Positions 1 to 13,166 of a DNA stretch of 64,000 bases are shown here, one piece after another (positions within the stretch are counted from its first letter, which is position 1; each line of letters starts with the position of its first letter). Both the position numbers and the translations under genes were made by a program. Source of the DNA: Octopus sinensis (taxonomy: Eukaryota); assembly GCF_006345805.1 (NCBI RefSeq), contig NC_042999.1, positions 120,342,001 to 120,406,000 on the forward strand. Direction: 5' to 3'. The notes below the pieces were generated by a model. The model ran no database searches. It was not told the DNA's origin and saw nothing but the letters and a program-made list of their open reading frames with translations.

Positions 1-1194
1 TGACCTTTGTGTGGAAGAAATACACCAAATTTTCACTTCTAAATTTGCTCTAATAAACAATAGACAGTAACAGGCTACAAGATGTCTACACTGAACCAAC
101 TATACGTTTAAACGATTTAAATAAACAAAACTTACCATCTATAGTAATTATACTAGTTAAAATAATGTTTCTCATAATTAATGACATTTATGCAAATAAT
201 ACTTATAAATATAATTATAATAATTATTACAAAAATATTAATTGAGGGTATAAACACAAAATAAGTGAAATACCTCTGAATTAAATAATATACTCCATAC
301 AGTAAAGTGTAAACAACATTGCAACAATTAATTGTAATATTAATAAACATTTTAAAACAACGATTCAACTGTAATACCAGTAGAGCTGAATATAAAACCA
401 GAATTCAATTCGATTTTAAAAGTAACGCTATCACCTTCAACTGAAAAAGCAACGCAAGAAGCTTGCATGAATTAGTCCACTATGAAATTTTTTGTGTATG
501 TATGTCTTTGCGTTTGTGATGCGTATTGAGGTAAATTCGTTCGACTGACAGCATCCCATTGAGTAAAACGAGTAAAATGTAAAAGGTATCGCTGTGTCAA
601 GAAACTTGTCCTATTAATAGAGACATACTGAGAACATAGACAGTGGGAAAAAATACAGCAAGAATGTATTGTAAAGCTAGTCTCAGAGGATGTTCTATAT
701 GTGTAATAGGAATAGAGTGATATAAATAAACATAAGTAAACGAAAATAATTATATCACATAAGAAAAAAATCTATTGAACACTCAGCGAATTCCTTCTAT
801 GTGATAAATTTTTTCAATTTTATTTTCGGAAATAAATATACCAATAGATCTGTACACAGTTTAATGTTAGTTACATAATTAACCTACAAATGAATATGGA
901 GTATTTTAAATCTATGAAGTTACAAATGTTTCCACAGAAAATTGACAGTTCGTGACTTACGGCTCTTTTCTCGAGTTTTATTGAATTTTCTCTTATTTAT
1001 TTCCCTTTGGCCAACATTCACTATATGTCCTGGAATACAATCAATTTCCTATTTATATTTTGATATATTTTAAAACGATTCAACTGTAATATTTTGATAT
1101 AGGTTGATTGTATATTAGTTTAAACATACACTTTTTATGTATAAATTATAAGATACATCCTACTCACACACATGCTTACACAAACAATATATAT

Positions 1195-1242
1195 AGGGAT
1201 ATCTATCTATCTATCTACCTATCTATCTATTTATCTATCTAT

Positions 1243-1335
<93 letters not shown>

Positions 1336-1410
1336 GAGATAGATAGATAGATAAATAGATAGACAGACAGACAGATATATCTATATATATATACATATAG
1401 TTATATACTC

Positions 1411-1444
<34 letters not shown>

Positions 1445-1445
1445 A

Positions 1446-1495
<50 letters not shown>

Positions 1496-1525
1496 GTGTG
1501 TGTGTGTGTGTGTGTGTGTGTGCAT
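1195..1525. repeat. Compound microsatellite (TATC)n/(TA)n/(GA)n/(GATA)n/(TG)n
   Basis: Directly visible simple repeats. Confidence 0.97.
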
Positions 1526-2454
1526 ACACGCACTTATGCCATTAGTTATTTCTAATAAAGTAAATTATAGATGCCAATTTTAGATGCTGATTATATTCAA
1601 GTAAATATTCCTGTTTTCCATTTCTTTCTCGCTATCATATTGAATGTTATTATCTGTTGTTCTATAATTGGAACAGAAGATCAATTAGATTACAGTAGTG
1701 AAGTGATGATGGTTTGTCCTCTTTCCTGTCCCTATATCACCAAATCTGTGCGTAAGACACATTATTTTATATTGATTCTCTCCTTCGAAATACATTCTAA
1801 AAGAAGCAAAATCCAGCATAGGCAAATGAGGTATCTTTCGACAAACAAGGGAATCATCAAGGCAATACTATCATATATTCCGTAAATGAACTGTAAAAAT
1901 CGAACCTCGAAATACGGATGCTAATCTTCCAAGAATGTATACCTATATATTTATATACATGCGTAAATGCCAATATATATTGCCGTATACATATACCTAA
2001 ATTCTGTTCCTCTCGCACTAACTTTTATGTCTATCATTATATGAATAGCTATATCTATACCGTATAAGTCAGCATCTTATACTCATGTTTAACTACTTCT
2101 AACCAAGTATGATTAAACATAATAATGACAGTTCACGTTGTATAGAAGCCTATGTTTTCACATTCATCTCACTTTACTCGTGTAAAATAGTTGTTCACTA
2201 AATTTCTAAACAATATGAGACTTCTAATGAAAGATATATTTTTGTATTTTTTCTTATGTTTGAAATAATCGTTTGCTTTTTTTTCCTACAGAAACGCTAA
2301 TGCTCTGATTTATTGACATGATGCTGAAATACTTTACATGAAATAATTTTTTTCCTTCGTCTACATATCCGTAAACCAAATAAAGAAGAAACATCGCTAC
2401 TTCTAATCGAGAACAGTCTACTTCAAATAATTTCTCATTTACTCTTTTTTTCTT

Positions 2455-2840
2455 TTTTTACTCTTTTACTTGTTTCAGTCATTTGACTGCGACCATGCCT
2501 TTCGTCGAGCAAATCGCCCCAGGACTTATTCTTTGTAAGCCTAGTACTTATTCTATCGGTCTCTTTGCCGAACCGCTAAGTTACAGGGACATAAACACAC
2601 CAGCGTCGGTTGTCAAGCCATGTTGGGAGGGGGGTACAAACACACACAAGCAAATACACACATACATATAAATGTATGTATATATACGATGGGCTTCTTT
2701 CAGTTTCTTTCTATCAAATCCACTCACAAGGTTTTGGTCGGCCCGAGGCTGTAGTAGAAGACACTTGCCCAAGATGCCACGCACTGGGACTGAACCCGGA
2801 ACCATGTGGTTAGTAAGCAAACTACTTACCACACAGCCAC
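2455..2840 (-). mobile_element. tRNA-derived SINE (octopus-type, composite)
   Basis: Minus-strand head GTGGCTGTGTGG (A-box-like) ... GGTTCAGTCCC (B-box-like). A homologous copy lies at 62522-62860 (shared TCTTTTACTTGTTTCAGTC start and GTAGTAGAA...CTTACCACAC end). Confidence 0.85.
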
Positions 2841-3817
2841 TCATGCGCTTATTTAAGTAATATGTATTTCTAACAGTATCCCAATCACCTCATATTTTCT
2901 CAGTGCATTATTGTAATTTTCTTCAGCCGAACGAAAATCCTATATAATGTTCACCATACTTTGAAATTATATAATTTACCTTATTTGATATTAGCCAAAA
3001 AAAAGAGGACTATGTTAAGTTTTTAACTTGCATTTTACATCGACCTGCGTTCATATGACAAAATATAATTATGTTTATTAAAGGTGTGAATTGTAGATTA
3101 ACTCATTGTTATTATTTTTATCTGACTTTGCATAGAAATTCGTATATTGATTAAACTCGAATGGGTCGTGAGTCTCTTTCAGCTTTAACACTTTTAAAAG
3201 AGTGATTATTCTTTTATTCGATTCCAGTTCTTGTGAATGTTATCACTTCTAGATTTTTACGGTTATAATAGGGATTTTTGATCTGGAAAGTTAATTTCTG
3301 AATTGTGAGGTTAAATAGATTAATTTTCTGAATGAATGTGATACGGATTGAGAATGCAGCGTTGCTTAGTTAATTAATCGGTGGACACTAATGAGTTTTT
3401 GAAGTTCGTTACAACAGTGGTTTAAAATGTTTAAGTGATGTGAGATGCAAAATTCAAATTAGCAAATGCTTTCTGATATTATATGCTAGCTTTGTCTGTC
3501 ATATGAATTGTTTAAGAACTATTCTATGGTGGTACCCGTAAAAAATAATGCATTTGTTTCAGTTAGGAATAAATTAGGCAAACAAAACATCTTTAAAAGA
3601 GAAACATAGAAATAATAGAATCAACATATATTTAGAGATGTAGATAGAGGTATGCTTATAGTAATAGTAAACGTAATTAGTGAATTAGTTCTAGTATACG
3701 ACTAATAGTTATAGTAAACGTAATTAATTGACAAAGAGAGGGAAAACAAATCATTCTATGATAGTGAGAACTAAGTAATTTTATAATTAAATTAAACTTT
3801 CATTGAGAAATTATTTA

Positions 3818-4031
3818 CCATGGGTTGCTGAAAAGTTCCTGGTTTTAAGTAAAAAAAATACAAGAGGTTCATTTAATTATGATTTTGTTCAACATATTCC
3901 ATTCTCAGATTCACACACGTATTGAAGCGGTCCTTTAGTTTTTCTAAGGCCTGTAAAAGAACTCGGAAATTTGGGCCCCAAACCAGGCCTTTCATGACAC
4001 CCTTAAAGCCAGGAACATTTCACCACCCACC
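3818..4031 (-). mobile_element. Mariner-derived MITE (~215 bp) with both TIRs
   Basis: Left GGGTTGCTGAAAAGTTCCTGGTTTTAAG is the imperfect inverse of right CTTAAAGCCAGGAACATTTCACCACCC. The interior on the minus strand encodes a mariner-like C-terminus (EFF..GLEKLKDRFNTCVNLRMEYVE). Confidence 0.75.
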
Positions 4032-4119
4032 ACAGAAGTACACGTTGCTATTAGTTTCTTTCTTGCTGTCTTACACTTTCACTCATTCATACCTGTTTAT
4101 CTTTCGTGATGTATAATTA

Positions 4120-4160
4120 TATATATACATACATATATATACATACACACATATATATAT

Positions 4161-4217
<57 letters not shown>
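4120..4217. repeat. (TA)n microsatellite
   Basis: Directly visible. Confidence 0.97.
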
Positions 4218-4221
<4 letters not shown>

Positions 4222-4226
4222 AATTA

Positions 4227-5340
4227 CGAGGGGCGTTCAATAAGTAATGACCCTGACCTACTTCCCATAGCAGTAGAGCAACGAAACTTGGCACAGTTAT
4301 TAGTCTTTTTCTACATAGGAACTACCCAGAGTTATGCATTTCTCCCATCGTTTGATACAGCTCTGGAGACCGTTGTTGTAGAAGACCTCAGCTTGGTCCT
4401 CCAACCACGACGTGACTTCAGAAATCAAGGCTGCATCATCTGGGAAACGCTTTCCTTTCAAAATCAACTTCGTGGCTGGGAAGAGGGGAAAATCAGAGGG
4501 TGCAAGGGGAGGAGTTCATAGCTGCACGCCTGTGCTTCTGATCTGGCGACAAGCGAGTTGTGGACCGGAGCGTTGTCCTGCAGGAGGAGGATGCCTTTGC
4601 TGATCTTGCCCCGCCTCTTAATTTTGATAGCTTCTCTTAATTTCCTCAAAAGTGAAGCATAATGGGCTCCTGTAATTGTGGTACCCTTTGCCAGGAAATC
4701 TGTCATCACTACTCCGTCCTGGTCCCAGAAGACTGTGAGCATAACCTTGTCAGCGGAGGGCTGCACCCTTGTCTTCTTTGGAGGAGGTGAGTCACGGTGC
4801 TTTCACGGCATTGACTGGGCTTTGGTCTATGGATCATAGTGATGGACCCAGGTTTTATCCTGTGTGATCAGTATTTTGAAAAATTTTGACTCATCTTCTT
4901 GGCACATCTCTAAATTCATCCTCGAGCACTCAACGCGTTCTTGCTTCTGAAAAGGTGTGAGCAACCTGGAAATCCATCTGGCAGACACCTTTGCATATGC
5001 AAATGGTCATGAATGATAGTTTCCACAGATCCGGTACTAATCTTGACCTTATGGGCTATTTGGCGAATAGTTATGCGTTGACCTTCCAAGATGGCAGCCT
5101 CAACTTGACGGACAGACGTCTCATCAACGGCAGAATAGGGCGACCAGATCTGGGAGCTGTTTCCACAGAGTTCCGACTATGTTTGAATTCACAATGCCAG
5201 CGTTTTACAAGGTCATATGATGGGGCATCATCACCATAAGTTACTTTCATTTCATCAAAAGTCTCCCGTGGTGTGCGTCCTTTCAAATAAAAAAAACCAG
5301 ATCACTGCTCGACACTCAACAGGCTCCATTTCACACTTGA
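4227..5340 (-). mobile_element. Degenerate mariner transposon (irritans/Himar1-like), 5' TIR missing
   Basis: TA then CGAGGGGCGTTCAATAAGTAATG TIR at 4227. The minus-strand transposase runs from ATG 5329 (MEPVECRAVI..., SGRP, KVMLTVFWD, QDNAPVH, APSDF) to YVEKD*. It has frameshifts and lacks the HPPYSPD segment. Confidence 0.92.
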
Positions 5341-6580
5341 CATCCAACACCGATGTCATCTACCTTGATTTCAGTAAGGCCTTCGACAGGGTTGCTCACA
5401 AGATCCTATTGAAAAAACTATCCAACATTGGTGTCTCTGGAAAGTTACTGAAATGGATCAAGTGTTTCCTGACAGACAGATCTCAACATGTTGTAGTTGA
5501 AGGGGTAAAATCAAGCCCAGCCAAAGTCAGTAGTGGCGTTCCGCAAGGCACTGTGCTGGGCCCACTTCTTTTCATCATCTACATTAATGACATTAATGAC
5601 ATCATCAAGCACAGCAACATAAAAATCTTTGCAGATGATTCCAAGCTACAGAAGGTCATAAATGAGGCGAGTGACCGGACAGATCTACTGGCTGTTATCC
5701 AATGGGCAGAAAAAAACAATATGCTGCTGAACGAGGATAAATTTGAGTTAATCCACTTTGGAAAAGAGGATGCCCTGAAACTCCCATACTCCCTTCCTTC
5801 AGGTGAAACTCTCGTGGCATCCAACAACATCAGAGACTTGGGAGTAATTGTGGACAACAACATAAGCTGGGCCACTCATATAAACACCAAAGTTGACATA
5901 GCCCGCAGAATGTGTTCCTGGATTCTCAGAACTTTCCAGTCGAGAGATATCCACACCATTATCCTTGTCTTCTCCACTTTTGCCCGACCCCACCTTGAAT
6001 ACTGTTGTCCACTGTGGTCTCCCCACACAAAACAAAGTATCATAAAAGTTGAAGCACCTCAAAGGGCAATCACAAAAAAGATAGATGGCATGACAGGCCT
6101 CGACTATTGGGGTCGACTAGAAAAGCTAAAACTTTATTCTCTCCAACGTCGTCGTGAGCGCTACATCATCTGCATGATGTGGAAAATATTCCATCAGCAT
6201 TGCCCAAATGAAGTTGGCATCACCTTTAAGGTACATCCAAGGCTTGGGCCCCGTGCCATCCGCCCAAAACAAAAATCGCACTCTCATCTCATAACAATAA
6301 TACGGCACAATTATTTCACCTCAATTGGCCCCGCTCTCTTTAACATTACACCAAAACACATTAAAACAGAAACAGACCCTATAGGGTTCAAGAAGTCTTT
6401 GGACAGATTCCTTCAAGAAATCCCGGATAAACCCCCTACACCCGGATATGTCTCTGTAAACAATAACTCTCTACTTGAGTGGGCCATAGTGCCCAAATTC
6501 TGATTTGAAAGACTTCACCAGGTGGTGCTATTAAGTTAGACATGGCCGAAACCTATCAAAGTATCAACGTATCAAAGTAT
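5341..6580 (+). mobile_element. 5'-truncated CR1/L2-group LINE: RT plus C-terminal region, 3' UTR and (TATCAAAG)n tail
   Basis: Open frame with YLDFSKAFD, GVPQGTVLGPLLF, FADD, RDLGV and RPHLEYC. The tail is TATCAAAG-TATCAACG-TATCAAAG. A related copy lies at 60031-60560. Confidence 0.93.
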
Positions 6581-6583
6581 ATA

Positions 6584-6628
<45 letters not shown>
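6578..6628. repeat. (TA)n microsatellite
   Basis: Directly visible. Confidence 0.95.
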
Positions 6629-6631
<3 letters not shown>

Positions 6632-7151
6632 CGTTTGTTGAGTGTATAAGGCTCGGAGTTCCTTTGCGTTCTCTCCTGCCATGCGTAAGCCTCCGCGGAG
6701 AATAATCAGTTGATATATTAGCGTATTTGCTTAAGAATTTCTCTAGCCTATCGTCACTTTTGACGTGCCTCTAAGCGACAGATTTTCAGGTGATAGAAGA
6801 AATTTGGAAATAAATGCATCTGTAAGTTTGTGTGTACGTATGTATACGTGTGTTTCTGTGTATGTGTGTGTGTGTGAATGTGTGTGCGTAGGTGTTTGTG
6901 TGTGTGTGTTTGTTTTTCTGTGTAACGTATATTATCGAACACAGCCTCTTATACGTTGCTATAATTATCATTTCCTTAAAATAAATATTTATTATATTGA
7001 AAAGAAAACACAGACGACAGAGAATGGTGTGTATGCTTTGTGCATCTTATATTTCTGATTTGAAGTCGTGTCTATATGGTCAAATTTATAATCTGTAGTA
7101 TGAAACAATCATATCGTTGACTCTGGTAAAATCAGTCAAGTTGTGTCTTGT

Positions 7152-7496
7152 CAAGTAAGATCGGGATTATATACAGAGCATGGCATCAGTTCGACTCCCT
7201 CAAGTTCTTAGAGTTCATCCCGGGTCATAGTGTTGTCTTGCTACAGAAGTCTCTGTTAACCAGTATCGGGTATTTTTGCCGCACAATGTCATACAACTTT
7301 ATCTGCTATTCGGAGTACAGTTTGGCATGGATGGCTCCACCGTCCAGAACGTGTTTATACTGCATTATCGCCCCATATTTCCACCAGATCCTCAACAACA
7401 TTGTATTCGAAACGCCTTGTTTTGGTGACTGGTTCCTGACACTGGCTCTTAATTAGCCACTGATTACTGTGCGTTAGAATTGCGGTAAAATAGTTC
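7152..7496 (-). mobile_element. Mariner transposase core fragment (inverted relative to 7497-7765)
   Basis: Minus-strand translation across frameshifts gives YRN..QWL...EPVTK..GRFE..MLRIWW ... QDN ... GVELMPCSVYNPDL. Confidence 0.75.
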
Positions 7497-7765
7497 CCCC
7501 ATCTTATTTCTTGTTCTGATCCAGGGATCACTTCTTGCGTTCGCGATGCTTCATTAATCTAGAAGAGGTAGAAGCTTCAGTGAAGGATTTCTTCACCTTG
7601 AATGACAAGAACTGGTATCAGCATGGGCTCAAAGAATTGGCAGAAAGGCGGCTTCATACTGTACGACACGATGCCTTCTACGTTGGATGCTATGCTACTT
7701 TTGTTGTAAGTTGCTGAATAATGCAAGTAAGTTAACCAAATAAAACAAAACTTTTGACTCCATAC
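7497..7765 (+). mobile_element. Mariner transposase C-terminus and 3' end
   Basis: PSYFLF*SRDHFLRSRCFINLEEVEASVKDFF...WYQHGLKELAERRLHTVRHD resembles the mariner C-terminus. Confidence 0.8.
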
Positions 7766-8074
7766 AATGCAATACAAACCACGAAACCCCACATCATATA
7801 TCTCTTATTCAATCACCAACCATCAGTAAACAACATTACACTCCACAAAGCACACGTAAACCACATGGAACATAACGCAGCAAATTTAGCACTTATTATG
7901 CAAGATCAACCGATAAATCCTTTTAGTAAACATCAACAGCAAAATTTAAATGAAACTGCAAATCAGATAGGGTGTACAAACCGAATTTCATTCTCACAGT
8001 ACACAATACTGTACACACCTCAGGAAAACAGAGGTGAAGTGGTTGTGCAGTAGTTATTCGCATAAATCTGCTGA

Positions 8075-8225
8075 AGAAGATGGTGAGGTAGATGAAGCCT
8101 ACGAAGACGATGATAATGATGGCGATGGCGATAATGTTGAAGATGACGATAACGGTGATGAGTATGACGACGACGACGACAATGATGATGATATTTATGA
8201 AGATAATAATGATGACGATCATGAC
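8075..8225. repeat. Degenerate (GAT/GAC)n trinucleotide tract
   Basis: Directly visible; it produces the Asp-rich ORF 8034-8291. Confidence 0.85.
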
Positions 8226-10412
8226 AGTAACTTAGTCCGATCTTCTACAACCCACTTCGAGCGTGATGGGCTTCAAAATTCCCACGTCTGAAGTAATGAC
8301 TTCGTAACTAATGTAAACAGGAGACAGAAAAATATGCATCATTAACAGATCAAGTGTTCGATACCAAAAGTTTCTGAGAGATACCTCTTTTGTTTAATTA
8401 GAGAACAGATGCCGCTATACGTTTTCGGAGATCCACCCTCTCTCAACAGGATAAAATCAACTGCTTTTATGACAGTCGCCATGTAGTGATGGCCTTCTTT
8501 GTCGAACGGTTTTGGACGACTTTGAACTTTCGCCAAAACAAATCGCAAGTAAGAGATCTCAGAGCAGACCAGCTTCATGTTTAGCGTAGAAAATGTGTTT
8601 AGAGAGTCATTCTCACTACTAGCACATTGTGATGCCCCATTTATGAATATTTTCCAACTGAATAATTGATTCCTTTTGTGTACTATATAGCTCTCTTTAG
8701 TATATCTAACCACTGCTGGTATAAATGTTCTCTTTAGCCTCACTACCACCTGTTACTGATGATGTTGTTTCTGAAATCTTTTCTCACCGGAAAGTGTACG
8801 TTTAGCTTCCAGTAACCGTGTTATTGACAGTAGTACTGACGAGCTTAATGTTCATGTAATTGTTTATACTGCCTCTATAGTGTTCTATACGCAAAAGTGA
8901 CGGAGAAGGCTGGCAATACTTTTATACTCCACCTATCGGCTACTCTCATAGAGTCTATGCGTGCATCCATGATATTATTTCAGTTGGCCCTCGCACTAAG
9001 CAGAGAGATGTTTCTAAGAAGTTCTGTAGACGTCTGAATTAATGTAATTTCTCTGACGTAATTAAGGCATAGTGGTCGCAACTTAATTTAAGCATCTCGT
9101 TGTCTCGCTCAATTTCATTTACGTCCAGAACCATTTATTTTCGCAATTGATTCAAACAACGTATTTTCCCTCTAGTCTTTGGATTTTCCAAAACAGTAAA
9201 TTACATCACTCGATCCATTTCGACTGAACCCTCATAATTATCCACAGGAAGGTGAGAAATTACGTCTCGGATAGTATGATCTCTCTAACGACTATCTCAG
9301 TAACTTGAGATCATTGACCAATATTGCTTCTTCCATGTTGACCCTAAGTCACTTACACTTATGCCACCTAGGAGAAAAATGACACGTAAGCAAAATTTGG
9401 GAGGAGAAAATCACTTAATCCCGTTTTGCTATACGAAATATTTCCAAATACTTCTCACTGAAACTTCTTTGGAATACTCTCACATTATTTCGAATAACCG
9501 GGGAATAGATACGGCTTTGATGTAGTTCTCATCAAAAGTTTGCCATATCAGATTTTTGATATGATTACCTCATCGGAATCGTCGCCGAAGGTAAATATTG
9601 TGTAATTATGGGAGTGTAAATACTTCATCGATTCTTCTGTCTGCTTTCTGAGGAATGTGGAGCTATTGTTGTTTCTGCTCTTCTGACTGCTTTTTTCCTT
9701 GACGGTGGAGGTCTTCAGTTGTTGCCGTGATTGATGCTTTAATTCTTGATGTTACTGATATTGATTTGCATCCAGTAACTATTATCGCGAGTTCCTTACT
9801 TTTTGATACTTTTGGTTGTATTGCTATTGACATTACCGTTAAGTTTACAGCTGCTGCTGCCCTTGTTACTGTTATTATCTAGTTGTTCGTTAGCCAGGTG
9901 TCTGGACTGTTTGTCAACACCTATTTGTTTATTGGCGCTGGTTAGGGATCAAACCAAGATTCTTTTGTCAAACTTCGCCTCCTTTTGACAGCCAATATGC
10001 GTGCCAATTGGCTGCATATTTTCTGGAAACATCCCACTAATAGTTCACACTCTACAAAAATACCACCATACATATTTTACACAATCGACACCCGATATCA
10101 CGAAATTTTATTACGCCTTATGCAACACACAAGAAACGTCATCATCACGCAACAACACAGAAACTCACTGAGAGATAAGAAAATTAACAAACTATTAAAA
10201 TAAAGCTATAAAACACGAAATAAAATCTATTCTTTATAGATACAAGAGCGCACATCTGCGCGTATTGGTTATTGAATTTTGATTTGGTTTTGATATTTTA
10301 CTCTACGCTACATAATATGTATGCAGTTCATAACAGAACTTTTTCGTACAACCCTTAAGTCTTGGGATTCTGTATTATAAGCATTTGAAAACCACTACCA
10401 GAGCATCTAATA

Positions 10413-11592
10413 TTAGGTCATCCCACAAGTTCTGTCCGAGTTTACCTTTTTTTAAATCGAATGAAATTTAATAGTATTTTAGAATGTCTAATGGAATTTA
10501 AAATTATTTGTATGCATTTGTGTACGTTTAAAGTTATTAAATATTATTTTACAGAATAATAGAATTAAAATTTCTATGATTCACACCCTTTCTAACATGG
10601 AAGTATCCAAAGAGCATTTGAGGCACATAATGCTTTATGAGTACAAAAAGGGAAATTCTGCAGCCGAAGCGATTAGAAACATACACTCCGTTTATGGGAA
10701 ATAATGCTTGAATGAAGGATCTTGCAGAAGATGGTTTACAAAATTCAGAAGTGGAGATTTCAGCCTTGAAGATGATAAGCTCCTTGAGGTATTACTTGAA
10801 GAAAATCCTGCATTATCAGTTGAAGAATTGGCAATAAAGCTTAGTTCAAACCATACAACTGTTCATCGTCATCTTCAACAACATCTAAAGGTTCCTAAAC
10901 TTGGAAAATAGGTGCCTCATGAATTGTCCGAAAGCAACCGCAAATCCTGAGTTAAGATATGCGCTTCTCTCCATTCTCGCTAACTCATTTCACCCTTTTT
11001 GGACAGACTTGTGACTGGTGACGAAAACTGGATCTTCTATCGAAATGTAGTGGGAAAAAGGTTCTTCTCTCTATCTGGTGGGATTGCAAAGGAGTAATTC
11101 ATTTTGAATTGTTACCACCTAATGCAACAATAAATGCTTAAGTCTACTGTCAGCAATTAGAGCGTATGAACCAAGCTTTGAAGAAAAAACCCCGCTTTAG
11201 TGAATCGAAAAGGAATAATGTTTCATCAAAACAATGCGCTACCCACACGGCAAAAATCACATCACAGAAGATCGAAGAGCTTGGTTGGGAAAATCCCACA
11301 TCCACCTTATTCTCCCGACCTTGCCCTTCAGACTACCATTTGTTCGTAGTTTACAGAATCATTTGTGGGACATAACTTTCGTAAGCCAGGAGGAGATCGA
11401 AACTGACATTTTAGAGTTCTTCACTTTGAAATCAAAAGAGTTTTACATTGAAAGGATTAAAAAGCTTGTAAATAGATGGAACTCATAGATAATCAGGGAA
11501 AGTAAATTGATAATTAAATTTCAATTAAATATAACATTTGATCACTTGTCTTCTTTATTCACAATTCGGACAGAACTTATGGGATGACCTGA
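10413..11592 (+). mobile_element. Full-length degenerate mariner (Hsmar1/SETMAR-like), TA TSD
   Basis: TIR TTAGGTCATCCCACAAGTTCTGTCCGA and inverse TCGGACAGAACTTATGGGATGACCTGA (2 mismatches), each flanked by TA. ATG 10597 gives MEVSKEHLRHIMLYEYKKG; later motifs are *VPHEL, VTGDENW and PDLA.SDYHLF. Multiple stops and frameshifts. Confidence 0.95.
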
Positions 11593-11689
11593 TATTTTAT
11601 GGGCTTTTTTAATTTTTAATCAAATTCTAGTTATTATTATATCCAGATATTTATGTTGCGAACGGACAGAATCGTTAGAAGACAAGATA

Positions 11690-11870
11690 AAATGTTTAGT
11701 GTCATTTCGTCCGCCTTTATGTTCTGGGCTCAAACTCTCCCGAAGTCGATTTTACCTTTCGAGATCAATAAGAAGTTCTAGTTGAGCACTGGGGTTGATC
11801 TAATTAAAAGTCCTCCTTCCTTAAACGATCAAGCCTTGTGCCTATAGTAGAAAGGACTAATTTCAGATAT
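11690..11870 (+). mobile_element. tRNA-derived SINE, degenerate
   Basis: Reverse-complement similarity to copies at 22235, 36082 and 43373 (TTTCGTCC..GTTCTG..GTCGA..CCTTTC..AGTTGAGCACTGGGGT..GCCTTGTGCC). Confidence 0.75.
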
Positions 11871-12029
11871 TTACATTAAGGTATTTTGCATCACATTTAG
11901 AGATACACGGTCGTTTGGAGAGAAAATGCATAATCAAATGGTCTATTTATCTCGGTGTTCCCGGGAGCTATAACCTGTCAAGAAGGTTCTCTCTCTCTCA
12001 CCCTACCTCTCCTACTCTCACTCCTCTCT

Positions 12030-12045
12030 TTCTCTCTGTATATAT

Positions 12046-12124
<79 letters not shown>
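12030..12124. repeat. (TA)n microsatellite
   Basis: Directly visible. Confidence 0.97.
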
Positions 12125-12127
<3 letters not shown>

Positions 12128-12519
12128 AGAAATGGAAACAAAGTAATAAGTTGAATAATTAAATAATTTAATCATTAGATGATAAATTCAATTCAAGTTT
12201 ATCCTTCTTAAGCAACCAAATGACAAATCAAGTTACAACTCTTTCTACATCATTAAAAAATAGGTTGTTTTCTATGATTAACAAATTAACGTTTTAAAAT
12301 ATAATGAGGTTTCAGCAGATGGACATATCTTCTTAAATATTTTACTGAAATAACAATTGAATATTATCATAATAGTAAATGTTTTTAAAACACGCTTTTT
12401 TAAGAGCGAGCAAAATTATAAATAAACTAACAGGAATTTCATAATTTTTTAAATTCAGATCTATTAGTATCTAGTTCTATAACCGATATTGTTACATAAT
12501 ACACACATTCATACACAAG

Positions 12520-12557
12520 TATTTATATATATGCACAAATATATACATATATATATA

Positions 12558-12600
<43 letters not shown>

Positions 12601-12650
12601 CATACATACATACATACATACATACACACATATATATATGTGTGTGTGTG
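12520..12650. repeat. (TA)n/(TACA)n/(TG)n compound microsatellite
   Basis: Directly visible. Confidence 0.95.
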
Positions 12651-13034
12651 CGTTTGTGTATACAGACGTTTATGTATTTATTTCCATATATACTACACCG
12701 TGCACACACACACAATTCCATATATACATCTATAAATATATCTGGTAACAACTTAATTTATATATTAATCAAAATCTAAAAAGAAGAAATGTTTTCGATA
12801 TCATTATAAGGTACGATACAGAGGAGATAACTATTTTTCTATTTATCGGAACAAAAACAAAAAACTAAACGCACTCAACACGAAAAACGAGCTAAAAACA
12901 CAATACAACTAAAATAGATAAATACAAACGAAATCTCCTAAATACGAAACGTGAGGTACAAACACTAAATCAAATAAGTTGAATGCGCTATATCTTCATA
13001 TATATTATAGTGTACATTCACTTATGTTCATAAA

Positions 13035-13052
13035 CATATATATACCTATACT

Positions 13053-13099
<47 letters not shown>

Positions 13100-13118
13100 T
13101 ATATATATTATATATATA

Positions 13119-13166
<48 letters not shown>

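Noticed and set aside
2780-2840. tRNA genes (also at ~16360-16430 and other SINE heads)
   Set aside because: There are A/B-box-like motifs but no cloverleaf, and each continues into a SINE body.
5217-6503. 428-aa ORF as a host gene with a His-rich N-terminus
   Set aside because: The N-terminus is antisense mariner sequence and the rest is a LINE RT with 3' UTR and tail.
8034-8291. Asp-rich ORF as an acidic or biomineralisation protein
   Set aside because: It is short, coincides with a degenerate GAT/GAC tract, and has no supportable exon structure.
8340-10250. Possible old LINE (endonuclease-like DH motif, ORF 8342-8749) on the minus strand
   Set aside because: Only vague motif resemblance and no diagnostic RT motif, so I cannot assign it by eye.
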